A stretch of 64,000 nt of DNA from Octopus sinensis (lineage: Eukaryota): contig NC_043000.1 of the NCBI RefSeq assembly GCF_006345805.1, positions 20,088,001-20,152,000 on the forward strand. The letters are read 5' to 3'. The position numbers and the translations under genes were made by a program. Of this stretch, positions 1-12,790 are shown in pieces (position 1 is the first letter of the stretch; each line of letters starts with the position of its first letter). Under the pieces are notes generated by a model. That model searched no databases and had not been told where the DNA came from. It saw only the letters and a list, made by a program, of their open reading frames with translations.

Positions 1-384
1 TATTCTATTTCAACATCCTTTACTACCAATCGTCTTTGATCTCGGTGTGTTATGATTCTCTGGCTGTTTATTCCTTCGTTTTATCACCTATCCTTCACAT
101 ATCCACTTAACGATAAATATATATTTATGCCATACACAAGTGTTTGATGTTACGCGATGAAAGTTATCTGTCACCGTGTGATCAGTTACTGACACCAAGG
201 GAGAGAGTTACGGGTTTTGATATGCTAATACCTTTCCCTGTATAGTATGAATGGATTACTGGAAGGACATTCGGATTTTGTGGTGCTCATGGTTTTTCTA
301 GGTGGTATGTAGGGTGTGTGTGAAGAGAATATACTATATATAAAATCAAACTGAAATTGAGAACACATATCGTTACCCATTCAT

Positions 385-530
385 ACCATCATCATCTACC
401 CTTGGCCGCCTTTATGGTGTCCACTTTGTTGCAATAATTCTGATAAAGACTTTGGTCTAAGAATAAATTTCGCCTTTCTTCAGGCCAGTCTTGATTGTCC
501 TCAATAGTGTCATGTATGTTGCAATTCTTC
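385..530 (-). mobile_element. Possible RTE-type LINE 3' end remnant
   Basis: Minus strand ends ...ggcggccaagggtagatgatgatg; a short (GAT)n tail resembles RTE 3' ends. No ORF support. Confidence 0.25.
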
Positions 531-933
531 CTTTGATTAAGATACTTTAAAATAATCTATGAATTACACTTATCGGCTACTTTATTTGAGACCCAGTTAT
601 GATAAAAACAGTATAACTATTTAAAGATAATTATTTGCCGCGCCTATCGGTAGGAATAACACAATCGGGTGAGTAAATTATTAGACTACCGGCTCCTAAG
701 CTGTGAGATCAAATCCACTGAATGCATTCTGTTGTTTTCTGGGCAGATAACGTTATTGTATTTTAAAAAGATACATTTATATTGCATTTATCCGCACATA
801 CTGCTGCCGGAAATACATCTCAGTTTACCTCAGTTCGCCTAGCTGCACATAGATAGACATTCACTTGTACATCAGAGCTGTCCACTCGTGTTTGAAGAAG
901 ACCATCATTGAGTTTATGTGTAATGTAGGCTAC

Positions 934-1323
934 TGTGGAGGCGCAATGGCCCAGTGGTTAGGGCAGCGGACTCGCGGTCATAGGATCGCGGTTTCGATTC
1001 CCAGACCGGGAGTTGTGAGTGTTTATTGAGCGAAAACACCTAAAAGCTCCACGAGGCTCCGGCAGGGGATGGTGGTGATCCCTGCTGTACTCTTTCACCA
1101 CAACTTTCTCTCATTCTTTCTTCCTGTTTCTGTTGTACCTGTATTTCAAAGGGCCGGCCTTGTCACTCTCTGTGTCACGCTGGATATCCCCGAGAACTAC
1201 GTTAAGTGTACACGTGTCTGTGGAGTGCTCAGCCACTTACACGTTAATTTCACGAGCAGGCTGTTCCGTTGGTCGGATCAACCGGAACCCTCATCGTCGT
1301 AACCGACGGAGTGCTTCCATTCC
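934..1323 (+). mobile_element. tRNA-derived SINE, family A, full length
   Basis: tRNA-like head with A box (tggcccagtggttagg) and B box (ggtttcgattccc); 12-bp TSD aatgtaggctac at 922-933 and 1324-1335; near-identical copies at 20882, 24986 and 36348. Confidence 0.93.
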
Positions 1324-1637
1324 AATGTAGGCTACCTATGTGCAGGCTGGTGATTACGTGCTTCTACTCGTTTGGTTTTCTGCATGCATCCCCACTTTCC
1401 CATTGCTGTAGGACTTTAAAAATTTCGTACAAATTTTAGGTTGAATAAAGCTTTCGTAACACCTCAAAGACTCCAAATCCCGTTTGCTTTGCCCAAAAAC
1501 AAGCTTAGGAAAGATATCTGGTCAATAAAAAGCTCAGGTCTGAAACTGGAGAAACGTCATAGTCTTTAGCTGGCGCTGAAGAGATTCCCAAGATAACTGA
1601 GACCATTCCTTGTGCATTTTATCGTATGTCTAAGTAA

Positions 1638-2120
1638 ATTTCTATTAGGCCTACAAATAAAACATACGAGATAGACGAACGATGGAGGGAATACTGGGAG
1701 CTGGCTACTGATTTGGAAAGACTAGTAATATTTCCACTCATAAAAACGACAAGAAGACTAGATTTAGTCCTATGGAACAGGGAACGGAGAATGGGAATTT
1801 TGCTAGAACTGACAGTGCCATGGGAAGAGAACATCGACAATGCAGAGAAACGAAAGGAGAAGAGGTACGAAAAACTAATCGAAGAATACAGAGAACATGG
1901 ATGGAATGTCGAGTATTACCACCTGGCAGTGGGGGCTAGGGGCTTCATTGAAAGAAAAATGACAACGCTATTCAAAAGAAGATTTGTCTTTTCTAGCTCG
2001 GAGCTGAGAAAACTAATAAGGAGAGTACAGGAGGCGGTCGAAAAAGCCAGCTTCTATATATGGCTGAAGCGGGAAGACCAAAAATGGCTTGAAAGTCATA
2101 ACATGCCGGCAGGAAAATAA
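1638..2120 (+). mobile_element. HERO-clade non-LTR retrotransposon, C-terminal restriction-like endonuclease (5'-truncated)
   Basis: Frame open 1638-2120: W..ATDL...FP...T.RLDLVLW...ELTVPWEE...RK..RY..L...GW...VGARGF...AVEKAS..IW.KR, the HERO-type RLE signature. A probable 3' UTR follows. Confidence 0.8.
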
Positions 2121-3039
2121 CATCGCTAGGTGAGACAAGCTGACACTGAATTAGCTTTGTTGATTGACAGGCAACGGTCTCGTTTAGAGAATGCGTGGGC
2201 TAAGACTACGCGCCTTCATTGGTCGGTTAAATTTGAGACAGTGTCACGTGACAACATGCTGGGGCTGCCTCTTGCAGCCTACCAGCAGGTATTTAAAGGG
2301 AAAAAAATTGACAAGGCAGTCAGTCGCCCGCTGACACTCGTTGACGCTACATCGAAGAGGCCAGGGAACAGAAGAAAGAAGAAGAAAGAAGACATGCACC
2401 CAACACCAGAGATGAAGACACCTCCGAAAGTGTGTGTGTGTGGGGGGGGGCGCCACGTCAAAACGGTAGAGGAGTAGGGCCGAAACCGGACGTGGTTCGC
2501 TCCTCTTGATGATGTCTTGAGCTAACCGGATCCGATAAAGGAGCTGTTGTGGTAGCAGACCACGAAACATGGTTGGAATTCCTAGGTCAAACGGAAGGTA
2601 GATAGTCGTTGACACTACACTAGACCATCCGTCTTTTGGTCATGTAATTTAATTTCCCTGGGTTTGTCACGAGTTTTCCCACTAAGCCAGCCTGGTAAGA
2701 TACAGTCTTATTCACCGACTGTGAATAATCTTCTAACTGCTAAAGACAGGTTAGAAAAATTGTCGTGCCGATGACGACACTCGAGGCAGAAACACATATG
2801 CGTGAATGTCTTCCTATCTCCAAGCAATGAGTTCGTCCTTTTCCTTGATGGAATGTCAATGATTCTGGTGATTATTTCCCCTTATCATATAATGTTGTGT
2901 TCATTTACAATTTTGTAATTATAACACATCCTCAAGAAGCGGAGAGAATTCTAATTTTTATGTTGTATGATATTTGATATACCTTTATTTACCTGCGTCA
3001 TATATATGCATGCCCACAAATGTTAAATACATTTGCACA

Positions 3040-3061
3040 TACAAATACACACACACATACA

Positions 3062-3115
<54 letters not shown>

Positions 3116-3215
3116 ATGTGTGCGCGTGTGTATACACACACACATACATACATGCATGCATACATACATACATACATACATACATACATACATACATACA
3201 TACATACATACATAC
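3040..3215. repeat. Compound microsatellite (TA)n(TG)n(CATA)n
   Basis: Directly visible. Confidence 0.95.
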
Positions 3216-3589
3216 TTCTTTGTCCATAGCTTTTAGACCACGATTGATCTGGAACTACACGGCAATTCCAAAGTTCACTTCTAACCAATGACAGAAGGTC
3301 TCTGTGCAGGCGCAGGAGATATGGTGGCAAGTTCAAAAGAAGCTATGTCCGATCGCTGAGAACGTCTCAGAGAAAACAAAGATTAGTTAATCCTTGATCA
3401 TTAGTTCAACAAAATATATTTTGTTAGGCTAACGATTCTGGATTAAATAATTTCTCTCTATATGTGAGTGTGTGTATTTATAAACACACGCAAAAACACA
3501 CACGCACGCACACAGACTCACACATACGCACGCAAACACACACACATATATGTATATATGTTTACTCACGCATATGTATATAACTAGAT

Positions 3590-3627
3590 TGACAGACAGA
3601 CAGATAGATAGATAATTTGATAGATAA

Positions 3628-3715
<88 letters not shown>

Positions 3716-3746
3716 GTAGGTCGGTAGGTAGGTAGGTAGATTGATT

Positions 3747-3816
<70 letters not shown>
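3590..3816. repeat. (GATA)n microsatellite
   Basis: Directly visible, with a short GGTA interruption. Confidence 0.97.
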
Positions 3817-3819
<3 letters not shown>

Positions 3820-4389
3820 CAAAATTCCTGGTTCCCTGTTAGGCTTTGATTGTTAGTGTCTGCGAAGCTATAATAAATTAATTCTCGCCTCACTGAAAAG
3901 TCTCATTATGCCAGGAGTTCAAAGAAAAGGGGAAATCATACGCAAACCTTTCATGAGACGATGGAAACCAACTGAAACGTAAAATATACAAGTGCAGAAT
4001 AAGATTAATGAAAATAATGTACGAAAATTGTGAGAATTATACAGCCTTTCCCAACTGAGTTTCATTAGAATTTATCAAAATAATGTTCAGTGATGTAATC
4101 TTTATGTGAACAAAATTTTGAAATGGTTAATAACCATATATTTTACTTTCCAACGCAGTAACTATATATATAGGCTTAATAGTCAATCAAATGAACCATA
4201 TTGATAGCAACGCAGAAATACAAAAAGAAAATAATGGTATGAATTTAAAGTACTGATAGAAAAAGTCTTAACACAAAAAATTTGAAGTAGGAATACTAAA
4301 ATTAAAAAAAAATTGTACGTTTATTCAATTGAAAGAAATTTTCCAATACAATGAAAATTAAGATTTAATCTATAACATTTTTAGTGAAG

Positions 4390-4900
4390 CAAAAGTTTCT
4401 AACGTGACTACTGCAGACAAAATATACATTAAGGGCAAGAGATTGGATTACCTGAAAAGCCATTTATAATAGAAGCATCATGTTTCTGCCATCGAAATTC
4501 ATAGAAATAGGATTATTCAAGCATTAAAAGTACTTTTGAGGGAGTTTCAAATAAAAAGAGACTAGAGGCAAAAGAAATAAAAGCTACGAAAGCAAATGAA
4601 GTAAAAGTTCTCATAGACCATGTGTTGCCTGTAATATAAATAAATGCTTCAATGAACTTTGTACAATGTATAAATGATTTTATGACTGAATATGTACCTT
4701 TGTCAACAGGTTGGCATAGTAAAATCTACACATTTCAGTTGGTAGAATCAATAAATAGCGTCATCCACTCAGAAATTATGTCAAAGATTCGACAATCAAA
4801 ATACCATAGATTAATTGTTAATGAAAATACAGATGTTTCTAATAGCAAACTGCCTGCCCTATATTTTAAGTTCAAGAAAAAGCTTTTGAAAACGCCATAA
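4390..4900 (+). mobile_element. Degenerate hAT-type transposase fragment
   Basis: INSVIHSEIMSKIRQSKYHRLIVNENTDVSNSKLPALYFKF resembles the hAT segment around the first catalytic D(E)STD motif (here NENTD, 4820-4834); upstream LDYLKSH..KHH. Stops and frameshifts present. Confidence 0.55.
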
Positions 4901-5289
4901 GCAGTTTTTGTAGGAAATTGCAATACAGAATCGATTATAAAAGGAATTAGTTGAATATAAAGAAATATGTCTGTAATTCGAGTAGGTAATAGGGAAGTGG
5001 GGGATGTTTATGACATGTGAACTTCAAGGCACCAGTGCAAAATTATGATCTAGATAGATAAGAGGATCTTTGGAGGATGTCGAGTGGGACGATACGTGGC
5101 CGCCAGCGATGGTGAGCACTGGTAGACCTGGTTGGCTCTACGCATGATGACGCCTCTAGGACCAGTAACTTGGAACGACACCAGCCCTATTATGCAAGAG
5201 CATGAAGCAAGGAAGCCTAACCATACGTAAATAAATATAATGATTCAATCGCTAAATGCTAACAAAGAAAACTTTTCGGTGATGCTTAC

Positions 5290-5690
5290 TGACTTACAAA
5301 TTTCACATGGTCATAAATGGATAGTGACCGAGAGAATTCTATTGTAAATACAAGCAGCGGAAATGGTGTTCCCTCGGAATCTTTGGATTAATGTTAAACA
5401 ACAGAATGCATGGCTGGGAAATCAGGAAGTCTTTTCCGGTCGAACCCCTACTTTTCTGCAGCGAGAGGTCATAACTCCGGTACCACGGACATGTGATTAG
5501 AGTATGACAGGAAAGATTCGCAAGACAGTTTCTTCAAGCCAAGCCAAAAGCAGGAGAACAAAATGGTTAAATAATATCCATAGCCTCAGTTGGTCAGGTT
5601 TAGGAATTCAACCAGAAAGTTCAATGACAGTTGCTTCTGATGCGGTCCTATGGAGCGGGTGATTCAGAACTCTATCTCCACCATTCTGCT
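5290..5690 (+). mobile_element. RTE-clade LINE, degenerate RT C-terminus
   Basis: Frameshifted IQAAEM.F.R (5348), LRYHGHVIRV*QERFARQFLQAKP (5475) and RTKWLNNIHSLSWSGLGIQP, matching RTE LRWxGHVxRM...RGRPRTRW. Confidence 0.7.
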
Positions 5691-6253
5691 AGGTATAGTG
5701 GGCAGAGAAAATGCTCGGATGGATGGATATTTTTACAAATTAGTACAAGCCTTCGGACAAACTATTTTCTGTAATTGAGCTCGATGGGTGATCTCTATTA
5801 GATTTTCTTCCTTTCGCATCAGAATCATCTCCTGTGATTCTGGTTTCAGTGTAATAAATTTAGTTGTAAAACACAAATATATACTCTGGTGTAGAAAAAA
5901 TCTCATAGCTTATTTTTGTAAGTCAATAAATTGACAATACATATTTAAAAGCCCAAAAGTTTAAAAATTCTTCAAAACATTTCAAAAAATGATGACCAGA
6001 ATCTTAAACTCTGTATTCAGTAGAGTTAAGGGCTGGAAATTATTTAACTCCTCCTCAATACTGTTCGTGCTTTCGTCAGCAGCGTTATCATTCCCCGGCT
6101 CATAAAACTAATAATTCTCCTGTTCTGCTCTCAGGTTCAGGAGACGTCTGCCAACATGTCACCGAACAAGTCTAGTATGTATCTGTAACATTTGTAGAGC
6201 GCATCATTCAAACCTTCGCACAATCAATTACCGCCAATCGTATCTCAGCTTTC

Positions 6254-6353
6254 NNNNNNNNNNNNNNNNNNNNNNNNNNNNNNNNNNNNNNNNNNNNNNN
6301 NNNNNNNNNNNNNNNNNNNNNNNNNNNNNNNNNNNNNNNNNNNNNNNNNNNNN
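6254..6353. other. Assembly gap (100 N)
   Basis: Run of exactly 100 N; true size unknown. Confidence 0.99.
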
Positions 6354-6559
6354 GTTTTACCTAATGCCTGATAAATGCATTTTTTGGTACCTTTCTCACC
6401 TGACAAAGCTGGTGTTTAGACACAAAGAAATATACCAGGAAATAATTTTTGCCAGTGAGATACGGAGGATCATTAACCTTCCCCCAGAATGCTGTTTTTG
6501 ATGGCCACTTCTACACAATAAAAAATGAAGAGCAGTACACCTGGTGAGGGGAGAAAATA

Positions 6560-7900
6560 TCCAAGAATAATGTGTAAGTCAACTTTCCTTGTGTTAGTAA
6601 GTTCTCATCAGAAGTTCGACCTCAATTAGAGCAACAGAGGGGATTTAGAAGTAAAGAATCGTAGTCCACGTGATCTTCATGCCATGTTTAGAAAAACTTT
6701 TGAGGGCAACATCAAAATTTGTTTAGAGACTTTATATATTTCTCTAAAGTATTTGACACCATGGAGAGAGAGGTTTTCGGCGATACTCCTCTCAGATTTA
6801 ACGTACTTAGTTCTTTGAAAGGGAGACTGCGCGGATGACCAACAGAGAACAAGAACCTGAATGATGCAGATATGTGTGCTAGCATCAGTACTCTTTCACA
6901 TATTCATATGTTGTAAGGCTTTTCCTCAACCAAACTGGAGAATGTTGTGATATCGCAGTGGATTTTAAATTCGATTTCTACCTTTTTTAACATCAGGAAC
7001 CAGCATGCAAACACCAAATTTCTGCAGAGAGCAAAACCTGGAATTGCAGCGTACCGAAAACTGTAACTCATGATTAAGAGCATCTTCAGGTTCTCCTTTT
7101 GACGGGAAATGCCTAAGCGCTAGTGTTATGGGGATAACTGTCAACATTACGAACCTAATGGAGTGCAGAGTCCAAACTATTCTACCTGTATTGATTGTCG
7201 ATAATAAACTGTTATCACTAGTGCAATTTCTCAGACATGTGGGGAACAGTCTGTCTTAATACAATTGGGGCCGCAATCGGTAAACTTTGGGAGAATTCAG
7301 CAAAAGGTCTTTCAGAATTCGAGTCTTCCTTCTTCCCAAAGATTACCGTCTATCAAGCTGTCTGTATCAACACACTTCTCTATAGCTGTGAAATTTTGGC
7401 ATCCTACAAGCATCAAATTAAAGTCTCTGTGTTGCTTCCATGATAACTATAACTATTCCATTGCATGTTGGGAATTATCTGGCGTAAGCGTGTGTCATAC
7501 AGTAAAATACTTGAAAAATAAATTAAAGTATTGAAGCTATGATCAACTAGCGCTTACATACGCCATTAATGTTATCCAGAGGAAAGAAAAAGGCTGATAC
7601 AGCTGGGCACCAGTGACGTCGGAATTCATTTCTACAGCTGAATGAACTGGAGCAATGTAAAATAAAATATCTTGTTCAAAAGCACAACACACAACCCGGT
7701 CCGAGAATCGAACTCACTACCTCATGATTGTGAACCCGACGCTCTTCAGCAATTGCGCCAAGTAATAAATATGTCTCCACGTCGACTGCATCGTAGAGTC
7801 GTATACAAACAGCGATACAATGGTCGGTGCTAAGCTGGAGTGTTGAAGACGTGCTGCAAGGATGAGGCTCAAGTCAGACACGAAAAATTAGACGTGGGGC
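6560..7900 (+). mobile_element. RTE (BovB-like) LINE remnant interrupted by a family D SINE
   Basis: Fragments EQQRGFRS, DFIYFSKVFDTMERE, KITVYQAVCINTLLYSCE, LGIIWRKRVSYSKILE, IEAM, resuming after the SINE with MSPRRLHRRVVY. Confidence 0.7.
7561..7745 (-). mobile_element. tRNA-derived SINE, family D, partial
   Basis: Reverse complement aligns to 8195-8381. Confidence 0.85.
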
Positions 7901-8180
7901 TAATTAGAATAGGAGTTAACCAAAATGCTTAACGGCAGCAATTATCGTGTGCTGGAGATAGAGAAGACAGAAAGAAGACATTAAAAGAGAAGCAGGCAAA
8001 ATGTGCTACAATGGTTGCTACTCTGGCTACGAATATCAACACTATTGATTCATGTCCCACTATCGAGAATGCACCATGTTTAGCTTTTAGAAACCTCGTT
8101 ATTGAGAGAGTGGACATCATCATGAAATTTCAATGAAGAATCAAGATATTCGTATATATAAAGGTATATGCTCATATATA

Positions 8181-8520
8181 TGCGTGGCTCAGTGGTTAGA
8201 GCGTCGGGTTCACAATCATGAGGTAGTGAGTTCGATTCTCGGACCGGGTTGTGCGTTGTGTTCTTGAGCAAGACATTTTATTTCATATTGCTCCAGTTCC
8301 ATTCAGCTGTAGAAATGAATTCCGAAGTCACTGGTGCCCAGCTGCAGCAACCTTTTCCTTTCCTGGATAACATTAATGGCGTGGAGAGGAGAGGTTCGTA
8401 TGCATGGGCAACTGCTGGTCTTCCATAAACAATTTTGCCAGAACTTGTGCCTCGGAGAGGAACATTCTAGGTGCAGTCCCGTGGTCATCATGACCGAAAG
8501 AGGTGTATTACCCCTTACCT
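8181..8520 (+). mobile_element. tRNA-derived SINE, family D (tail type 1)
   Basis: A box tggctcagtggttag, B box gagttcgattctc, then the shared middle block ttgtgttcttgagcaagac...ttgctccagt..cagctg. Confidence 0.85.
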
Positions 8521-8659
8521 TATATATAAATATATATGCAGGTATGTATATATGCATGTTCGTATGAAGGAGAATATATACATCTATGTTTATATGTGTA
8601 TTCATATACATATATACATACATGTGGACGTTAGTCCACATTACTCCGCAAGGAGCATA

Positions 8660-8795
8660 GACACGCACATACATACATACATACATACATACATACATAC
8701 AACAAACATACATACATAAATACATACACATACATACATACATACATACATACATACATACACATACATACATATATACATTACATACATACATG
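8660..8795. repeat. (CATA)n microsatellite
   Basis: Directly visible. Confidence 0.95.
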
Positions 8796-9100
8796 TCAGT
8801 TCAAATATCTTTTTAAGTGATCAAGTATAGAGTTATAAGCGTAATAACTGTGTTTAAATACAATTTTGCACTGGCAGGTAACGTAAAATAAATGTTGATG
8901 AGACTATAATGATACCCGATACAGCTGCACAGACTCTAACTTCTGTGTACGGCAAGTTTATATAAACTAGACAGACATTTGTAATTTTCATGTGTTTCTA
9001 ATAAATTAAATTTATGCATCGTTGCAGTGACAGCTAAACTCTATGGATATACAACTCAGGGAAGCTTATTGTATATTTATAAATATGCATATATATATAT

Positions 9101-9443
9101 ACTCTTTTACTCTTTTACTTGTTTCAGTCATTTGACTGCGGCCATGCTGGAGCACCACCTTTTAGTACTTATTCTATCGGTCTCTTTTTGCCGAACCGCT
9201 AAGTGACGGGGACCTAAACACACCAGCATCGGTTGTCAAGCAATGCTAGGGGGACAAACACACATATATATATACATATATACGACAGGCTTCTTTCAGT
9301 TTCCGTCTACCAAATCCACTCACAAGGCATTGGTCAGCCCGGGGCTATAGCAGAAGACACTTGCCCAAGATGCCATGCAGTGGGACTGACCGCCAGCGTG
9401 TGGTTGGTTAGCAAGCTACTTACACACAGCCACTCCTGCGCCT
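9101..9443 (-). mobile_element. SINE family B with internal microsatellite
   Basis: Head aggcgcaggagtggctgtgtg(g)taagtagc...cagtcccactgc, internal (TA)/(TG) tract, tail (aaaagagt)n; many copies in the window. Confidence 0.9.
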
Positions 9444-9444
9444 A

Positions 9445-9468
9445 TATATATATATATATATATATATT

Positions 9469-9529
<61 letters not shown>

Positions 9530-9596
9530 AAGAAAGAAAGATAGGTAGATAGATAGATATAGATAGACAGATAGTTACATACATACATACATACAT

Positions 9597-9639
<43 letters not shown>

Positions 9640-9810
9640 TAAAAATACGTGGGTCAGGGCTCAGTCCCACTGCGTGGCACCTTGCGCATGTATCTTCTAC
9701 TATAGCCTTGGTCGGCTGAAGCCTTGTGAGGAGAATTGTTAGACGCAAACTGAAAGAAGCCCACTATATATATACACATATATATATATATAATATATAT
9801 ATATATATAT

Positions 9811-9863
<53 letters not shown>

Positions 9864-9962
9864 TATACATACATATATATATCATATATATACATATATA
9901 TAACATATATATACATGTATATATGTATATATATATGTATACACACCAACTTTCTCACCTAC

Positions 9963-9993
<31 letters not shown>

Positions 9994-10130
9994 TATTTAT
10001 ATAATATGTGTGTGTGTGTATATTTGTGCGTGTATGTATGTATGTTTGCATGTACGTACGTATGTATGTATATGTGTGTACGTGTGTGTGTCTACCTATT
10101 CACACCTATATGCCCGTGTGAGTATGTGCG
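9445..10130. repeat. Compound TA/GATA/TG microsatellites with a partial SINE B (9637-9775, +)
   Basis: Directly visible; cagtcccactgcgtggcacc...gaaagaagccc matches family B. Confidence 0.85.
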
Positions 10131-10981
10131 CTTGTGTGTTTGTGTGTCCGTTGCAACGTCTCATGGTACGAGAGTGAGCGTCACATTCCTGCAACGGCTT
10201 GTAATTTTTGGAAATGTGCAAGCCTAATGCCAGCTGCACTCTTACTAGCTCTGATTGTTGCAGATTGCATTGCAGAAAACAAAACTCGGTTTCACACACA
10301 GCAAATGATAACCACGAAGCAGTTGCACAATTACCGGTCCGCCTATTGCGGCAGTTATAATATTGCATAATTGCAGCGAGTGGTTTGATGTGTAGAGTTG
10401 CACAATTAGAGCTGCACAAGTGATTGTAACCATACCGTTGAGCAAATTACTGCATCCTCCGTACTTGTCGATATTTCTCCAACGAAATGGTGCTGCTATA
10501 CATCGGTGTAGTTGTACCTACCGACAGATTGCAGCTGGATGCATACCTGCACAATTACAGCATGTGATCGAACCTATAGAAGTGCAAAATTGCTGCGAAA
10601 GATTGCAGCTATATAGCTGTATAATTGCAGCCATTGATTGCAGATGCACAGATGCATAATTGCACCTAGCTATCTCCACTATTTAAAAGATGCTGAATAA
10701 TTGAATGCACAAAAAATATCAGATATATATATCTATAATATACGTGTATATATATAGTATATATATATATATATAGATAGATATATATATAAGTATATAA
10801 GTATATAAGTTTTTTTAGCTGCTATTTCTAATGAGTTCAGTATGCGGCAAAGTAATTTATTTTACTAAGCCCTTTTATATAATGTAATAATTTGAATTCG
10901 CTTAAATGGTCCCTTTGCATACTGAATACTTGGTGAAAAATATTGATTTAATTAATATATTTTACCCTCAATTGTTGAAAT

Positions 10982-11012
<31 letters not shown>

Positions 11013-11039
11013 ATATACCTACATGACATAAATATACAT

Positions 11040-11326
11040 AATATGTGTGGCGTGAGTGTATGCATGTATGTATATATATATATACATACACTTATATATA
11101 TATATATATACACTCATACATGCATACATATATATACATATATATACATATATACATACACATATATATGTATATATACATATCTATGTATACATACATC
11201 CATACATATACATACACATACGCATACATATATATTTTCAACATAAAATATATTTTTATTATAGAGATGTATATACATATATATATATATATATATATAC
11301 ATACATATATACATATATATATGTAC

Positions 11327-11376
<50 letters not shown>
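11040..11376. repeat. (TA)n/(CATA)n/(GA)n compound microsatellite
   Basis: Directly visible. Confidence 0.95.
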
Positions 11377-11377
<1 letters not shown>

Positions 11378-11379
<2 letters not shown>

Positions 11380-11710
11380 CATATCTGTGTGGTTAAGAGG
11401 TTCTACCCATAACCATATGATTTCAGGTTCACTCCCACTGCACACTATCTCAGGCAATTATATTCTTCTATAGCCCCGCGATGGCCATTGCATTGCTGAA
11501 CAGAAAACGAGGGGCAGCCCATCGTATATATATTTCAGTCTTCGTGTGTTGTGTGTGTGTGTGCGCGCGTGTGAGTCTGTGTGTTTTATTGCTTAACAGT
11601 GTTGTTAATTTCTTCACGTACCCCTGATCTAGGTGTTCAACAAAAAAAAAAAAAACTGTTGATAGAAAAGATGCTAATCTAAAAATAAAGGTGTGGGGGT
11701 CGGTTTGATC
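11378..11710 (+). mobile_element. Old diverged SINE B-like copy
   Basis: ctgtgtggttaag...caggttcactcccactgcac...cttctatagcc...gcagcccatcgtatata(tg)n is colinear with family B. Confidence 0.55.
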
Positions 11711-11840
11711 TTTACAGAATCAACGAATATAATATAGATTTTTTTTCAAAGTCTTCTTTAAATTCAAATTGCTAATAGGATTCTTTTTTAAGCATAAGCA
11801 CGGACATGGCTGCTTCGCTAAGAAGCTCATTTCGTAAACT

Positions 11841-12166
11841 AAAAAGACTCCGCCGGTTACGACGACGAGGGTCCCAGCTGATACGATCAACGGAACAGCT
11901 TACTCGTGAAATTAACGTGCAAATGGCTGAGCATTCCACAGACACGTGTACCCTTAACGTAGTTCTCGGGGATAATCAGCGTGACACAGAGAGTGACAAG
12001 GCTGACCCTTTGAAATACAAGTACAACTCATTTTTGCCAGCTGAGTGGACTGGAGCAACGTGAAATAAAGTGTCTTGCTCAAGGACACAACGCGTCGCCG
12101 GGAATCGAACTCACAACCTTACGATCATGAGCCGAATGCCCTAACCACTAAGCCACGCGCCCTCAC
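11841..12166 (-). mobile_element. Chimeric SINE: family D head and middle with family A 3' half
   Basis: Head and middle match 8181 and 53426; the 3' ~170 bp matches family A; imperfect TSD ttcgtaaa(c/t)t at 11831-11840 and 12167-12176. Confidence 0.88.
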
Positions 12167-12335
12167 TTCGTAAATTAGTGTTTCCCGATTCAACCTCAGT
12201 GGAATCTTAGGCAAGCATTTTCTGCTATAATCGCAGAGAGAGCATTGTCTTTAGAGGCGAGTTTTAAAAATATGAACAACGGAAGCACAAAAATATGTGC
12301 GCACACAAGTATATACGCATGCATGTGTTTGCATG

Positions 12336-12527
12336 CTCTTTTTTCTTGTCTCAGTCATTTGACTGTGGCCATGCTTGAGCACCGGCTTTAGTCGAGCAAA
12401 TCGACCCCAGGACTTATTCTTTGTAAGCCTAGTACTTATCCAATCGGTCTCTTTTGGCCGAACCACTAAATTACGGGGATGTAAACACACCAGCATCAGT
12501 TGTAAAGCGATGTTGGACACACACGCA

Positions 12528-12624
<97 letters not shown>

Positions 12625-12790
12625 TAAGACGGGCTTCTTTCAGTTTTCGTCTACCAAATCCACTCAAAAGGCTTTGGTCGGTCCGAGGCTATAGTAGAAA
12701 TTACTTGCCCAAGGTGCCACGCAGTGGGACAGAACCCGGAACCATGTGGTTCGTAAGCAAGCTACTTACCACACAGTCACTCCTACGCCT
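12336..12790 (-). mobile_element. SINE family B, full length
   Basis: Colinear with 9101-9443; internal (CA)n(TA)n expanded. Confidence 0.92.

Noticed and set aside
934-1010. tRNA gene call for SINE heads (families A-D)
   Set aside because: No complete cloverleaf; the heads continue into SINE bodies with TSDs and multiple copies.
1069-1330. ORFs repeated at 20964 and 25071 suggesting a gene family
   Set aside because: They are chance frames within SINE A copies.
5140-5175. tgatgacgcctctaggac resembling the 15425 motif
   Set aside because: Lacks the leading C and the GAAA; not a supportable hammerhead.
6254-6353. Biological meaning of the N run
   Set aside because: Scaffolding placeholder; adjacency across it is uncertain.
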